This document shows, one piece after another, positions 52,012 through 62,878 of a stretch of DNA of 64,000 bases. The stretch is taken from NCBI GenBank assembly GCA_037130365.1, contig JBAXTE010000016.1, positions 6,029 through 70,028 on the forward strand, in the 5' to 3' direction. Made by a program: the position numbers and the translations under genes. Below the pieces are notes generated by a model. It worked only from the letters and a program-made list of their open reading frames with translations. It searched no databases and was not told where the DNA came from. Source of the DNA: Bacteroidota bacterium (GTDB lineage Bacteria; Bacteroidota; Bacteroidia; Bacteroidales; WCHB1-69). How positions within the stretch are numbered: the stretch's first letter is position 1; every line of letters begins with the position of its first letter.

Positions 52012-53382
52012 ATGCAAAAAAAAGGCAAAATTCTTATCATTGACGATAACAAAGAGATTATTGAAGCGCTAAGATTTTTTTTGGAAGATGAATTCAATTC
52101 CGTCATGGCAATTAAGAACCCTAACCAGATTCAATCGACAATTAAAGCAGGAAACTACGATATTGTTTTGCTTGACATGAATTTTTCGGCAGGAGTAAAC
52201 TCAGGAAATGAAGGATTGTTTTGGCTGAAAGAGATTTTGAAACTTGATCCATCGCTGATTGTAATATTGATTACCGCTTATGGAGACGTGGAACTAGCCG
52301 TAAAAGCAATTAAGGAAGGAGCCATCGATTTTATTTTAAAGCCTTGGAATAATGATAAGTTAATGGCTACCATAAAATCGGGATTAAAACTACGTGAGTC
52401 GAAGTTAGAAATTGAAAAATTAAAAATTGGACAACAGCATTTAACCTCGGAACTCGATCGTCAATATCCTGATTTGATAAGCCATTGTGATGCAATGAAA
52501 AAGATTATCAACATCATAAACAAAGTTTCAAAAACAGATGCAAGTGTCTTAATTACTGGTGAAAACGGAACTGGAAAGGGGTTGGTTGCGAGGGAAATCC
52601 ACAAACGCTCTATGCGATCGAAAGAGATTATGATAACCGTTGACATGGCTTCGTTAAACGAAAGTTTGTTCGAAAGTGAGCTTTTTGGTCACAAAAGAGG
52701 TTCGTTTACCGATGCAAAACAAGATCGTATTGGTCGGTTTGAATCAGCATCGTCAGGCACATTATTCTTAGATGAAATTGGGAATTTATCGTTGATGATG
52801 CAAGCAAAAATTCTTTCGGTTTTGCAAGAACGAAGAATTACTCCTGTTGGCTCAAATAAAAGTATTCCAGTGGATATACGTTTGATTGCTGCTACCAATA
52901 TGAACTTAGAGAAGATGGTTGAAGATGGCACTTTTCGAGAAGATCTTTTGTTTCGATTAAACACCATTCAAATTGACCTTCCCCCGTTGCGCGAACGAGA
53001 AGAAGACATTGTAATGTTGGCAAAAAACTTTTTGAAAAAATTTGGCGAAAAATACATTCGTCCTTCATTATATTTTGATGAAGATGCACTTACAACACTA
53101 AAAGAATATTCGTGGCCTGGAAATATTAGAGAACTAGAGCACACCATTGAAAAGGTGGTTATTTTATGTGAGAATGATAAAATCAGTACTTCTGATTTGC
53201 AATTAAAAAAGCAAGTAGATTTTAAATCAATGTTAGATTCTTCAAAAACGATGGATGATTTAGAAAAAAATGCTATCGTAAATGCGTTGCAGTTAAATCA
53301 CGGGAATCTTAGTGATACAGCAAAAGCGTTGGGTATATCGAGACAAACTATTTACAATAAAATAAAAAAATATGGTCTATAA
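52012..53382 (+). CDS. NtrC-family sigma54-dependent response regulator
   Basis: Receiver (LLDMNF, ITAYG, KPW), GENGTGK, ESELFGH..GSFTDA, LFLDEIG, WPGNIREL, Fis HTH. Confidence 0.96.
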   Translation: MQKKGKILIIDDNKEIIEALRFFLEDEFNSVMAIKNPNQIQSTIKAGNYDIVLLDMNFSAGVNSGNEGLFWLKEILKLDPSLIVILITAYGDVELAVKAIKEGAIDFILKPWNNDKLMATIKSGLKLRESKLEIEKLKIGQQHLTSELDRQYPDLISHCDAMKKIINIINKVSKTDASVLITGENGTGKGLVAREIHKRSMRSKEIMITVDMASLNESLFESELFGHKRGSFTDAKQDRIGRFESASSGTLFLDEIGNLSLMMQAKILSVLQERRITPVGSNKSIPVDIRLIAATNMNLEKMVEDGTFREDLLFRLNTIQIDLPPLREREEDIVMLAKNFLKKFGEKYIRPSLYFDEDALTTLKEYSWPGNIRELEHTIEKVVILCENDKISTSDLQLKKQVDFKSMLDSSKTMDDLEKNAIVNALQLNHGNLSDTAKALGISRQTIYNKIKKYGL

Positions 53383-54727
53383 AAAATTTTATCTGATAAT
53401 AATTCTCAGAATCATTATCATAAGTGCTTTGTCGTGTTTTTTCTTTTTTTCAATTGCAAACTCCTGGAGTTTTGTGTGGGCAATTATTGCTGGTTTTTTA
53501 TTTTTATTTCAGGTTTTTGCCTTAATCGCTTACATCAATAAAATAAATCGAATGCTTGAGAATTTTTTCAATTTTCAAATAGCAGGAGATCATACTGGGG
53601 TGTATTATAAATCGTGGAAAAAGGATGAATACAAGGAGTTAAACCGCTGTTTCGATTTAATAAACCAAAAGTTGAAAAAGGCAAAAATGGATTACGAAAT
53701 TCAGAATAAATATTTTGAAACGGTTGTGGATCATATTGGAGTTGGATTAATATCATTCGCTCAAGATGGTAATATTGAATTGTTTAACAATACAGCAAAG
53801 CAACTTTTTGGGATTAACATTGCCAAACATGTTGATAAATTAGACCATTGCAAAAAAGATTTTGGAGAGGAACTTCTAAAAATGAAACCCTCTGAACCCA
53901 AAATATTCAACATCTTAGTAAATGGCGAACAGAAGCAGTTACTCGCGAAATTAAATATTTTTAAAACTAATAATTCTAATTTATCGTTGATCTCATTTCA
54001 GAATATTAAAAGTGAACTGGAACAAAAAGAGATTGAATCGTGGCAAAAATTGATTCGTGTGTTAACTCATGAAATTATGAATTCCATTTCGCCAATTACC
54101 TCACTAACCAATAGTTTAATCCGAATTTATAAACAGAAAGAAGGAGTAGAAACCAATGTTCTCGAAAAAATCAATCCTGCCATCATCGAAAAAACGGTAA
54201 AAGGACTTGAAATAATAGAAGAGAGAGGTAATGGATTGATGCATTTTGTGGACAATTATCGAAGCTTAACATTGTTACCAAAACCAGAGTTTCAGAAACT
54301 TGTTGTGCTTGATTTATTTATAAAAATGGAACAACTTTTCGAACCCGCTTTTACAACCAAAAACATAAAAACAGCTATCAAATGCGATGATAAAATACAA
54401 ATTAATGCAGATTCAAAATTGATGGAACAAATGTTTATTAACTTAATTCAAAACGCAGTAGATTCACTTGAAAACGTTGTCGATTCGACTATTCATCTTA
54501 CTGCTTATCGGGTTGATGAGCAGGTTGTATTAGAAGTTTCAGACAATGGTAAAGGAATTCCAACAGAAAATATTGAGAATATATTTGTCCCGTTTTTTAC
54601 CACTAAAGAGAAAGGTTCTGGAATTGGATTGAGCCTCTCACGCCAAATTATGATTTTGCATCAAGGAACAATTTCAGTAAAAACATCTTCGATAGATACC
54701 ACTTTTGTTTTGAAATTTCGGAATTGA
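53372..54727 (+). CDS. Sensor histidine kinase (PAS, NtrY-like)
   Basis: Two TMs, [31 protein letters not shown]. Confidence 0.95.
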   Translation: MVYKKFYLIIILRIIIISALSCFFFFSIANSWSFVWAIIAGFLFLFQVFALIAYINKINRMLENFFNFQIAGDHTGVYYKSWKKDEYKELNRCFDLINQKLKKAKMDYEIQNKYFETVVDHIGVGLISFAQDGNIELFNNTAKQLFGINIAKHVDKLDHCKKDFGEELLKMKPSEPKIFNILVNGEQKQLLAKLNIFKTNNSNLSLISFQNIKSELEQKEIESWQKLIRVLTHEIMNSISPITSLTNSLIRIYKQKEGVETNVLEKINPAIIEKTVKGLEIIEERGNGLMHFVDNYRSLTLLPKPEFQKLVVLDLFIKMEQLFEPAFTTKNIKTAIKCDDKIQINADSKLMEQMFINLIQNAVDSLENVVDSTIHLTAYRVDEQVVLEVSDNGKGIPTENIENIFVPFFTTKEKGSGIGLSLSRQIMILHQGTISVKTSSIDTTFVLKFRN

Positions 54728-54751
54728 TTGTTTCTTTCTTAATTTACAATA

Positions 54752-54770
54752 GTGTATAAATAATTGACAC
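54752..54770. promoter_or_regulatory. Putative enhancer (activator binding site) 2
   Basis: GTGTATAAATAATTGACAC palindrome, 62 bp from the -24 element. Confidence 0.7.
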
Positions 54771-54832
54771 TTTTTGATATCTTATTAAAAACATATTTTA
54801 TAACACATTAATAATGTGCATTATGCACATAG

Positions 54833-54848
54833 TGGCACATTCCTTGAA
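54833..54848 (+). promoter_or_regulatory. Sigma54 (-24/-12) promoter of ABC genes
   Basis: TGGCAC-ATTCC-TTGAA. Confidence 0.78.
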
Positions 54849-54884
54849 TATTGTTGACGAAAATATTTTAACACATGAATAATT

Positions 54885-55562
54885 ATGATAAAACTTAATA
54901 ATCTTACCAAAATATTCAGAACCGATGAAGTAGAAACTACGGCCTTGAATAAGATAAGTTTTGAAATTAAAGAGGGTGAATTTGTAGTAATTATGGGACC
55001 TTCGGGTTGTGGAAAATCAACTTTACTAAATATTCTTGGAATGTTGGATAATCCAACCGAAGGAGAGTACTTCTTTAAAGATCAGGAAATTTCGAAATTT
55101 AACGAACAAAAGAAAGCATTCTTAAGAAAGAGCAACATTGGGTTTGTGTTTCAGAGTTTTAACCTAATTGATGAATTAACCGTTTTCGAAAATGTAGAAC
55201 TTCCACTCATTTATTTAGGAATTTCGGCAAAAGACCGGAAACAAAAAGTAGATGAAGTATTGGAACAAATGAATATGTTACATCGAAAAAAACATTACCC
55301 AGTTCAACTTTCGGGAGGACAACAACAGCGTGTAGCCATATCGAGAGCCATTGTTGCCAATCCATCCATGATTTTAGCCGATGAACCAACTGGAAATCTT
55401 GATTCTGCCAATGGAGAAGACGTGATGAACCTTTTGTGTGAATTGAATAAAAAAGGTACAACTATAATCATGGTAACACACTCTCAGCGTGATGCAGAAT
55501 ATGGTCGAAGAATCATTCAATTGCTCGACGGACATTTGTTAACGGAAAATGTCAAAGGTTGA
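54885..55562 (+). CDS. MacB/LolD-type ABC ATP-binding protein
   Basis: [36 protein letters not shown]. Confidence 0.95.
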   Translation: MIKLNNLTKIFRTDEVETTALNKISFEIKEGEFVVIMGPSGCGKSTLLNILGMLDNPTEGEYFFKDQEISKFNEQKKAFLRKSNIGFVFQSFNLIDELTVFENVELPLIYLGISAKDRKQKVDEVLEQMNMLHRKKHYPVQLSGGQQQRVAISRAIVANPSMILADEPTGNLDSANGEDVMNLLCELNKKGTTIIMVTHSQRDAEYGRRIIQLLDGHLLTENVKG

Positions 55563-55571
55563 GTTTTATTC

Positions 55572-55617
55572 AAAACCAGCTTCCGATAACTGACGGTCGG
55601 TATTAAGCTGGTTTTTT
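55572..55617 (+). terminator. Terminator-like hairpin between ATPase and permease genes
   Basis: AAAACCAGCTT...AAGCTGGTTTTTT with inner CCGA/TCGG stem. Confidence 0.65.
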
Positions 55618-55658
55618 ATATTGCATAAATTGGCTTAAAAAAATAAAAATCATTTTAT

Positions 55659-58070
55659 ATGTATACGAATTATTTAAAAGTTATTATACGAAACCTGATT
55701 CGGAACAAACTTTTTTCAATCATCAATATACTTGGGCTTACCATTGGAATGACCGCATGTTTGTTGATTTTATTTTATGTGAATTTTGAAAAAAGTTACG
55801 ATAAATTTCACGAAAACAGCAATCAAATTTATCGACTTCGTTACGAAAGAACAGATCAGAGTGGCGATGCCGTAAGATTTGCATCATGCTGTCCTCCAGG
55901 AGGATTAGTAGTAAGAAGTCAATTTCCTGAAGTAGAAAAAGTTGCACGTTTATTTCATGTTACCGCTGCCGTTGCCAATGGTGAAAAGAAGTTTTTAGAA
56001 GAAAAAATCTATTTTGCAGAGTCTGAATTCCTTCAGATTTTCAATTTCAAATTTGTGACAGGCGATCCCAAAACAGTAATAAATGAAATAAACAGTGCTG
56101 CTATCTCACAAAGTATGGCTAAAAAGTATTTTGGCGATGAGAATCCGTTGGGGAAAACAATCAAAATGGATAACAGAACGGAATATAAGGTAAATGGAGT
56201 GTTTGAAGACATTCCATTAAACTCGCATCTCAAATTCGATTTTCTATTATCTTATAAAAACCTCATGAATAAATTTGGTCCACAGGCTGAACAAGAGTGG
56301 GGCGAAACAGGCTGGTTTACCTATCTATTATTTAAAAATAATGCGGATCCTGAAGCGTTTCAAAAAAAGTTAACCGCTTTTGTTGATAAAGAGATCAATA
56401 TTAACTTAAAGCAGTACAATCTTCGCATGGATTTAAAAATCCAACCCCTGAACGACATTCATCTCAATTCCCATTTTATGCAAGAGTACGAGCCAAATAG
56501 CGATGAGGAAACCGTTAACATTCTCTTTATTATTGCCATTTTCATCATCGTAATTGCATGGGTAAACTATGTGAATTTATCCACTGCCCGTTCGTTAACC
56601 CGAGCAAAAGAAGTTGGACTTCGAAAAGTAGTTGGAGCTACTCGTATTCAATTAATGATTCAATTTTTCCTTGAAATTACACTTGTAAATAGTATTGCTA
56701 TTCTACTCTCTTTACTTCTTGTAGAACTTTTATTACCGCTATTTTGCGCCTTAACAGGATTGCTTCCCATTTACTTCGTATGGAGCGCGGGTTGGCTTTG
56801 GCAAGCAATTACAATCATGTTGGTAGCCGGAATCTTTTTATCAGGGGTCTATCCCGTTTTTGTAATGTCTTCATTTAAGCCAATTACCGTATTACGTGGC
56901 AAGTTAGGAAATTCAACGAAAGGAATTAGTCTCCGTAAAGTTTTAGTTGTATTTCAATTTATCATGTCACTAGGGCTAATTACGGCTACAATTACAGTAT
57001 TTGAGCAAATTTCCTTTATGAAAAATCAAAATTTGGGAATTTCAATTGATAACACATTGGCAATCAGGACACCTCGTATTAGGGATGCTGAATTTGCAAA
57101 CAAAATAGTCACCTTCAAGAATGAGCTACTAAATAAAGCGGTTATCAAGAAGTTTTGTGCTTTGTCTGAAGTTCCTGGACGTCAGATTTTGTGGGATGCT
57201 GGTGGAATCCATCGAGTGGGTTCTGATGAAAATAAAAACTATCAAATTGTTGGAATTGATTATGATTTTGCCGATGTTTTTGGGGTAAAGTTTGCCGCTG
57301 GTCGTAACTTCTCAAAAGATTTTGGAACAGATACTTCAGCGCTTATTCTTAATGAAAAAGCGGTACGATGGATGGGATTTAAAAACTCGGAGTCAGCTAT
57401 AGGCCAAAAAGTTAGCTATTGGGAACAGATTTACACCATTGTTGGAGTAATGAAAGATTATCACCAACAATCGCCAAAGCAAGCTTATGAACCTCATATT
57501 TTCCGATTAATGCCACAAGGACGTAGTGGTTCGAGAGGTTTTTTTGCTCTAAAATTGAACTCTAAAGAGACTAAAACATCATTAGAAACAATACAAAAAT
57601 TGTACGATGAGTATTTCCCGGGTAATCCATTCGACTCGTTCTTTATTGATGATTACTACAATCAGCAATACAAATCGGATGAACAGTTTGGAAAAATCTT
57701 TGGGATATTCTCTTTCCTCGCAATTTTTATAACCTGTTTGGGTATTTTCGGATTGGCCTCGTTTATAGTGACTCAACGAACCAAAGAAATCTGTATCCGA
57801 AAAGTGCTTGGCGCAAATGTTTCAGGGATTTTATACCTAATAGCCAAAGATTTTGTAATTCTAATCATCGCATCGTTTATTGTTTCAACTCCAATATGTT
57901 ATTTTGGATTAAATCGTTGGCTCAATACATTTGCTAATCGTATGGATTTGAATGTCTGGTTGTTTATTATCCCCCTATTAATAACACTTCTATTAACTGG
58001 AATTACGATTGGCATTTTAGTAATTAGAGCTGCTCGTCAAAATCCAGTTGATAATCTAAGATATGAGTAG
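55659..58070 (+). CDS. MacB/FtsX-type duplicated ABC permease
   Basis: INILGL.IG, QPL.DIHL, RAKEVGLRKVVGA, RTKEI.IRKVLGA, NPVDNLRYE. Confidence 0.94.
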   Translation: MYTNYLKVIIRNLIRNKLFSIINILGLTIGMTACLLILFYVNFEKSYDKFHENSNQIYRLRYERTDQSGDAVRFASCCPPGGLVVRSQFPEVEKVARLFHVTAAVANGEKKFLEEKIYFAESEFLQIFNFKFVTGDPKTVINEINSAAISQSMAKKYFGDENPLGKTIKMDNRTEYKVNGVFEDIPLNSHLKFDFLLSYKNLMNKFGPQAEQEWGETGWFTYLLFKNNADPEAFQKKLTAFVDKEININLKQYNLRMDLKIQPLNDIHLNSHFMQEYEPNSDEETVNILFIIAIFIIVIAWVNYVNLSTARSLTRAKEVGLRKVVGATRIQLMIQFFLEITLVNSIAILLSLLLVELLLPLFCALTGLLPIYFVWSAGWLWQAITIMLVAGIFLSGVYPVFVMSSFKPITVLRGKLGNSTKGISLRKVLVVFQFIMSLGLITATITVFEQISFMKNQNLGISIDNTLAIRTPRIRDAEFANKIVTFKNELLNKAVIKKFCALSEVPGRQILWDAGGIHRVGSDENKNYQIVGIDYDFADVFGVKFAAGRNFSKDFGTDTSALILNEKAVRWMGFKNSESAIGQKVSYWEQIYTIVGVMKDYHQQSPKQAYEPHIFRLMPQGRSGSRGFFALKLNSKETKTSLETIQKLYDEYFPGNPFDSFFIDDYYNQQYKSDEQFGKIFGIFSFLAIFITCLGIFGLASFIVTQRTKEICIRKVLGANVSGILYLIAKDFVILIIASFIVSTPICYFGLNRWLNTFANRMDLNVWLFIIPLLITLLLTGITIGILVIRAARQNPVDNLRYE

Positions 58071-58150
58071 GGTATTTATCAAAAGGAGAATTTCAAAAAA
58101 TAACAAAAAAAAGTAATTAAATCGATTTTTTAAATTGAAAACGACTAATT

Positions 58151-58585
58151 ATGAAAAGACTAATAATCATTTTAATTGTGGCGATATTTAATCTATTTTG
58201 TGCAAAATCACAAACAATTGTACCCGATTCAGTTGCAATTAAAGTTACCGTATTAAATTACATCGAAGGGTGGAATTCTGGAGATACCGTTCGAATGGCA
58301 AAAGCGTTGCATCCAAAACTTGCAAAAAGAGGAGTTGTGATGTCACCAAATGGCAAAATAGCTGAATTACAAAGAGCAAATTATTCGGATATGATGACTT
58401 GGACTGCAAGCCGAGCAAAGTTACCAGAAGTAAAAGAAGATATAAAAATTGTGATTTACGATATCGGAAAAAATATCGCCAATGCGAAATGTATAAGTAA
58501 AGAGTATATCGATCATTTGCATCTGGTGAGAATAAATAATGAATGGAAAATTTTAAATGCAATTTGGGAACTAAATTTACCCTAG
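58151..58585 (+). CDS. Exported NTF2-like (lumazine-binding_2-type) protein
   Basis: Signal peptide; NYIEGW..GD..RM.KALHP, YIDHLHL...WKILN. Confidence 0.75.
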   Translation: MKRLIIILIVAIFNLFCAKSQTIVPDSVAIKVTVLNYIEGWNSGDTVRMAKALHPKLAKRGVVMSPNGKIAELQRANYSDMMTWTASRAKLPEVKEDIKIVIYDIGKNIANAKCISKEYIDHLHLVRINNEWKILNAIWELNLP

Positions 58586-58635
58586 TAAAATTAAAAAAAC
58601 ACAATATACCCTAGTTTAACAATCAATAATTAGCA

Positions 58636-58697
58636 AAAAGTCCCGAGCGAAACAAATAAAGGTGAATCTCCAATATTTAATTTTCAATCGGGCTTTT
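58636..58697. terminator. Long hairpin between convergent operons
   Basis: AAAAGTCCCGA ... TCGGGCTTTT with T runs on both strands. Confidence 0.5.
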
Positions 58698-58919
58698 GTT
58701 TTTTATTTAATTTATGATTTGTATTAAACCAAAATACTTGAATACAAAAGCACTAAAAAGTACATAGGCTATTGTCATTCAAAATTGACTTCGTCGAACT
58801 TCGTTTCTGTATTCTCTTTTCACGTTTCACGAACCGGAACGAAGTGGAGCTCAGCATAGCTAAAAATCTTTTCACGACTCAAAAAACTAAAAACTTCTAA
58901 TTCTACTTCTTCCTTCTTT

Positions 58920-61643
58920 TCACGCTTTCTCCACCCTGATCACTGAATATTTAAATGGTGCAATCTTCGACAAAGGGTCTTGCTCGTTCCGAGTGAGTGC
59001 ATTTACTGGCGATTCGTGGAAGTGCCACGGCATAAATGCTTCACCAGGTAAAACACCATCGTTTACGGCAGCTTTTGTGGTAATCTTTCCCCTGGGGGAT
59101 GTCACAGTAACCATTTCACCGTCTTTTATGCCAATTTTTAGCGCATCTTCGGTGTGAATAATGATAAACGATTCGTTTGAATATGCATTCAACAACTCAC
59201 TTTTGCGAGAGAGAGTGGCGGAGTGATACTGAAACAGCATCCGACCAGAATTTAAAACCATAGGGAATTCTGCAGATGGAGTTTCGCTTTGAGGCATATA
59301 TTCCACCGGAAATAATTTTGCCTTTCCAGAAGGTGTGTTGAATTTGTCTAAAAACATAGTAGAAGTACCATGATGATTTTCGTCAGGACAAGGCCATTGA
59401 ATTCCTTCATAATCGATTCGCTGATAGCTGATTCCAGACACAATTGGTGCTGCCAGAGCAATTTCCTTAAATATATCGGAAGCGGAAGTATAATCTCCAA
59501 GATTTACACCCATTTTTTTTGAAATTTCGTAGGTAATCATCCAGTCTTCACGTGCTTCACCAGGAGAGTTAATTACTTTTCGCAAACGCAACACCCGACG
59601 ATCGCTGTTCACGACGGTTCCATCTTTTTCGAATAGCGATGCAGCGGGCAAAATAACATCCGCATATTGAGATGTTTCGGTCTCAAAAATATCTTGAACA
59701 ACTAAAAATTCTATGCTTTTGAGTGCTTCAATCGTGTGTTTTTGGTTTGGGTCAGTAATTACGGGGTTTTCACCCATAATATATAGCGCTTTCACTCGAC
59801 CATCGTGGGTCGCATCCATAATTTCCAAGGTAGTCAACCCAGGAATTGGGTCGAGACTTTCGTATGGAACATCCCAAATTTTGGCAACCCGTTTTCTGTT
59901 TTCATCGTTGATAACAGGAATATAACCGGGATAGTTTACCGGACTGGCGCCCACATCGGTAGCACCTTGTACATTATTTTGTCCTCGGGGAGGATTTATT
60001 CCGCATAATTCGCGACCGATTTTCCCAGAAATCAAACACAGGTTGATGAGCGAAAATACATTATTGGTCCCTACTGTTTGCTGACTCATGCCCATTCCAG
60101 TGGCTATCAAAGCTGTGGAAGCAGAAGTGTACATCTTTGCAACAGCATAAAGTTTCTCTTTGGCCACGCCAGTAATCTCTTCGGTGACTTCAGGTGTGTA
60201 TTTTTCGACCATTTCCTTTAGCAACTCAAAGGATTCCAAACCACCTTCAACACGCTGAGAAATAAAATCGGAGTCAATCCAGTTTTCTTTAATAATGATA
60301 TGCATTAGCCCGTTTAATAGCGCCACATCAGTAGCCAATTTAGGCTGTAACCAGATGTCAGCGTATTTAACCAGTGGAGTCCAACGTGGATCTACCACGA
60401 TTATTTTTTGACCACGGGCTTTACCTCTTTTTACATAAGTGGCTGTAACTGGGTGTGTTTCAATAATGTTGTTTCCAATCACAAAAAGGCAATCGGTGTT
60501 TTCAAAATCCTGAATTGAATTACTGCCCGCACCATCTCCAAATGCTTTAATCATAGCCGTAACTGTTGATGCATGGCACAATCGAGTACAATAATCGATG
60601 TTGTTGCTGCCAAAAGTAAGACGAATAAACTTCTGAAAAATGTAGTTATCTTCGTTGGAGCATTTGGCGGAGCTGTATCCTGCCAATGCTTTTGCGCCAT
60701 TTTTTGCTTTAATTTCACTGAAACGTAGTGCGACATAATCCAATGCCTCTTCCCAAGAAGCCTGCTCAAACACCCCATTTCGTTTAATTAATGGATGGGT
60801 TAATCGCTTTTTGCTATTTGCATATTGATATCCAAAACGTCCTTTTACGCATAATCTGCCATCGTTGGGTAGGATATTTTCCACGCCATCAATTCTAACA
60901 ATGGTGTTGTTTTTAACCATTACTTCGGTTTGACAACCCACACCACAGTAAGGACATGTTGTAATTACCTTTTCAATAGCTTCTTCCACATTGATGATTT
61001 CACGAAATGGTTTTTCTACAATGGCACCAGTAGGACAAAGCTGAATACATTCACCACATCCATCACATTCCGAATTTTTCCACTCACCATAACCGGCAAC
61101 AATATATTTACTTATTCCGCGATCGGCAAAGCTTAAAACACCTTTGCCCTGAATTTCTTCACACGCTTTAATGCAACGGAAACATTTAATGCATTTTGAT
61201 GAATCATAGGTTAAAACGGGAGATGAATCGTCAAAAACTTGAGGAATATTTTGCCAAATATTTTTTATTGATCGTTGCTCTGGCGTATCAATATTGTATC
61301 GTTTAATGAGTGGTCTAATTTCGTCTTCGTAACTACCATCATACATTTCGTTGTGTTCGGCCAGCAGATATGACAAAGTGTGGCGACGATTCTGTTCCAA
61401 CTCCTCATCAAATGCGGTTACTTTCAACCCATCTTTAACGGTCACTGTACATGACATTATTACACCAGGTGAATTTTCAATTTTTACAACACATAACCGG
61501 CAAGCGCCAGTGGGAGTTAGCTTGTGATGAAAACACAGTCCAGGAATATTAAATCCATTCTTACGGGCAACTTGTAAAAGATTAGATCCCTCTTCGGCTT
61601 GGATTTGTTTGCCGTCTATTTCTATTTGAACAAGTTTCTTCAT
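58920..61643 (-). CDS. fdhF: Formate dehydrogenase alpha subunit (Mo/W-bis-PGD, Cys-ligated) with NuoG-like Fe-S N-terminus
   Basis: 2Fe-2S (C..GACRLC..C), 2x CxxCxxCxxxC, CPYCGVGC..LCVKG, NIDYCTRLCH, RGQNNVQG, ADVILPA..EKDGT..RR. Confidence 0.93.
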   Translation of the reverse strand: MKKLVQIEIDGKQIQAEEGSNLLQVARKNGFNIPGLCFHHKLTPTGACRLCVVKIENSPGVIMSCTVTVKDGLKVTAFDEELEQNRRHTLSYLLAEHNEMYDGSYEDEIRPLIKRYNIDTPEQRSIKNIWQNIPQVFDDSSPVLTYDSSKCIKCFRCIKACEEIQGKGVLSFADRGISKYIVAGYGEWKNSECDGCGECIQLCPTGAIVEKPFREIINVEEAIEKVITTCPYCGVGCQTEVMVKNNTIVRIDGVENILPNDGRLCVKGRFGYQYANSKKRLTHPLIKRNGVFEQASWEEALDYVALRFSEIKAKNGAKALAGYSSAKCSNEDNYIFQKFIRLTFGSNNIDYCTRLCHASTVTAMIKAFGDGAGSNSIQDFENTDCLFVIGNNIIETHPVTATYVKRGKARGQKIIVVDPRWTPLVKYADIWLQPKLATDVALLNGLMHIIIKENWIDSDFISQRVEGGLESFELLKEMVEKYTPEVTEEITGVAKEKLYAVAKMYTSASTALIATGMGMSQQTVGTNNVFSLINLCLISGKIGRELCGINPPRGQNNVQGATDVGASPVNYPGYIPVINDENRKRVAKIWDVPYESLDPIPGLTTLEIMDATHDGRVKALYIMGENPVITDPNQKHTIEALKSIEFLVVQDIFETETSQYADVILPAASLFEKDGTVVNSDRRVLRLRKVINSPGEAREDWMITYEISKKMGVNLGDYTSASDIFKEIALAAPIVSGISYQRIDYEGIQWPCPDENHHGTSTMFLDKFNTPSGKAKLFPVEYMPQSETPSAEFPMVLNSGRMLFQYHSATLSRKSELLNAYSNESFIIIHTEDALKIGIKDGEMVTVTSPRGKITTKAAVNDGVLPGEAFMPWHFHESPVNALTRNEQDPLSKIAPFKYSVIRVEKA

Positions 61644-62878
61644 AATAAAATGTCATTTTTGAAATAATTAATACACGAGCGAATCGGCAAAATCGGGCTT
61701 TGTCCTAAGGGACACAATGAATTTTTTGCAATATATTCCGCTTCAGACTGCATCCACATTAAATCGGTTTCCGTAAGATTTTCTTTTTTTATGGTGTCTG
61801 CTAATAGTGCAGTTCCGATTCTACATGGAACACATTTTCCACAAGATTCATGCTTGAAAAATGAGAGAATGGAGGTGAGCAATTCGTGGATATTGGTTTT
61901 GTTGTCAATTACAATAACTGCTCCTGAGCCCATAGTGGCCTGATGTGCTTTCAGCGTTTCGTATGCCAATGGGACATCAAGTAGGGTTGCATCCACAAAT
62001 GTACCTGCTGCACCTCCTAATAAAGCTCCTTTAAATTCAAGATTTTCTTTCATTCCACCCGAAATTTCAAAAATCAGTTCGCGAAGAGTCACGCCCATAG
62101 GAAGTTCAAACACTCCTGTTTTGAACACATTTCCGCTCACACAAAACAATTTTGTTCCTTTAGATTCTGTTGTACCAATTTTCGAATAGGCTTCAATTCC
62201 GTTATTCATAATGAAAGGAAGATGCGAAAATGTCTCTACATTATTTATTAATGTTGGCAATCCCCACAAACCTTTCTCCGCAGGAAACGGAGGTTTTATT
62301 CTTGGATAACCACGTTTCCCTTCGAGAGATTCAATCATGGTAAGTTCTTCACCACATAGATATGAGCCAGCACCAAGGAACACTTTCATATCGAATGAAA
62401 ATCCAGAACCTAAAATATTTTTTCCTAAATAACCATTTTTGTAACAAGAATCAATCGCATTTTTCATATTTTTAATCGATTGATGGTACTCTCCACGAAG
62501 ATAAATATATCCATATTTAGCTCCAATAGCATAGCCAGCAAGCATAATTCCTTCAATCAACAAAAATGGATCAGTTTCGATAATGAATCTGTCTTTAAAG
62601 GTTCCAGGCTCTCCTTCGTCTGCATTACAGATTACAAAGCGAACATCATGATCACTCAGCGAATTACTAGCAAATCTTTGCTTAATTCCAGTCGGAAAAC
62701 CGGCTCCTCCACGACCACGAAGTCCAGATTTTTCAACTTTTTCAAGTAACTCAATCGGTTGAAAAGTGAACGCTTTTTTAATTGCTAAAAATCCGTCTGT
62801 GTTTATAAAATCATCAATCGATAATGGATTGACTTTCCCTAACCGTTGTAATGAAATATTTGGAAATAGTTCTATCAT
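61640..62878 (-). CDS. NADH-binding flavoprotein subunit (NuoF-like) of the FDH complex
   Basis: SGLRGRGGAGFPTG, CNADEGEPGTFKDR, CGEE, NNVET, ESCGKCVPCR..C. Confidence 0.93.
   Translation of the reverse strand: MIELFPNISLQRLGKVNPLSIDDFINTDGFLAIKKAFTFQPIELLEKVEKSGLRGRGGAGFPTGIKQRFASNSLSDHDVRFVICNADEGEPGTFKDRFIIETDPFLLIEGIMLAGYAIGAKYGYIYLRGEYHQSIKNMKNAIDSCYKNGYLGKNILGSGFSFDMKVFLGAGSYLCGEELTMIESLEGKRGYPRIKPPFPAEKGLWGLPTLINNVETFSHLPFIMNNGIEAYSKIGTTESKGTKLFCVSGNVFKTGVFELPMGVTLRELIFEISGGMKENLEFKGALLGGAAGTFVDATLLDVPLAYETLKAHQATMGSGAVIVIDNKTNIHELLTSILSFFKHESCGKCVPCRIGTALLADTIKKENLTETDLMWMQSEAEYIAKNSLCPLGQSPILPIRSCINYFKNDILL

Noticed and set aside
60560-60610. Selenocysteine recoding in fdhF
   Set aside because: The ligand codon is TGC (Cys) in an uninterrupted ORF
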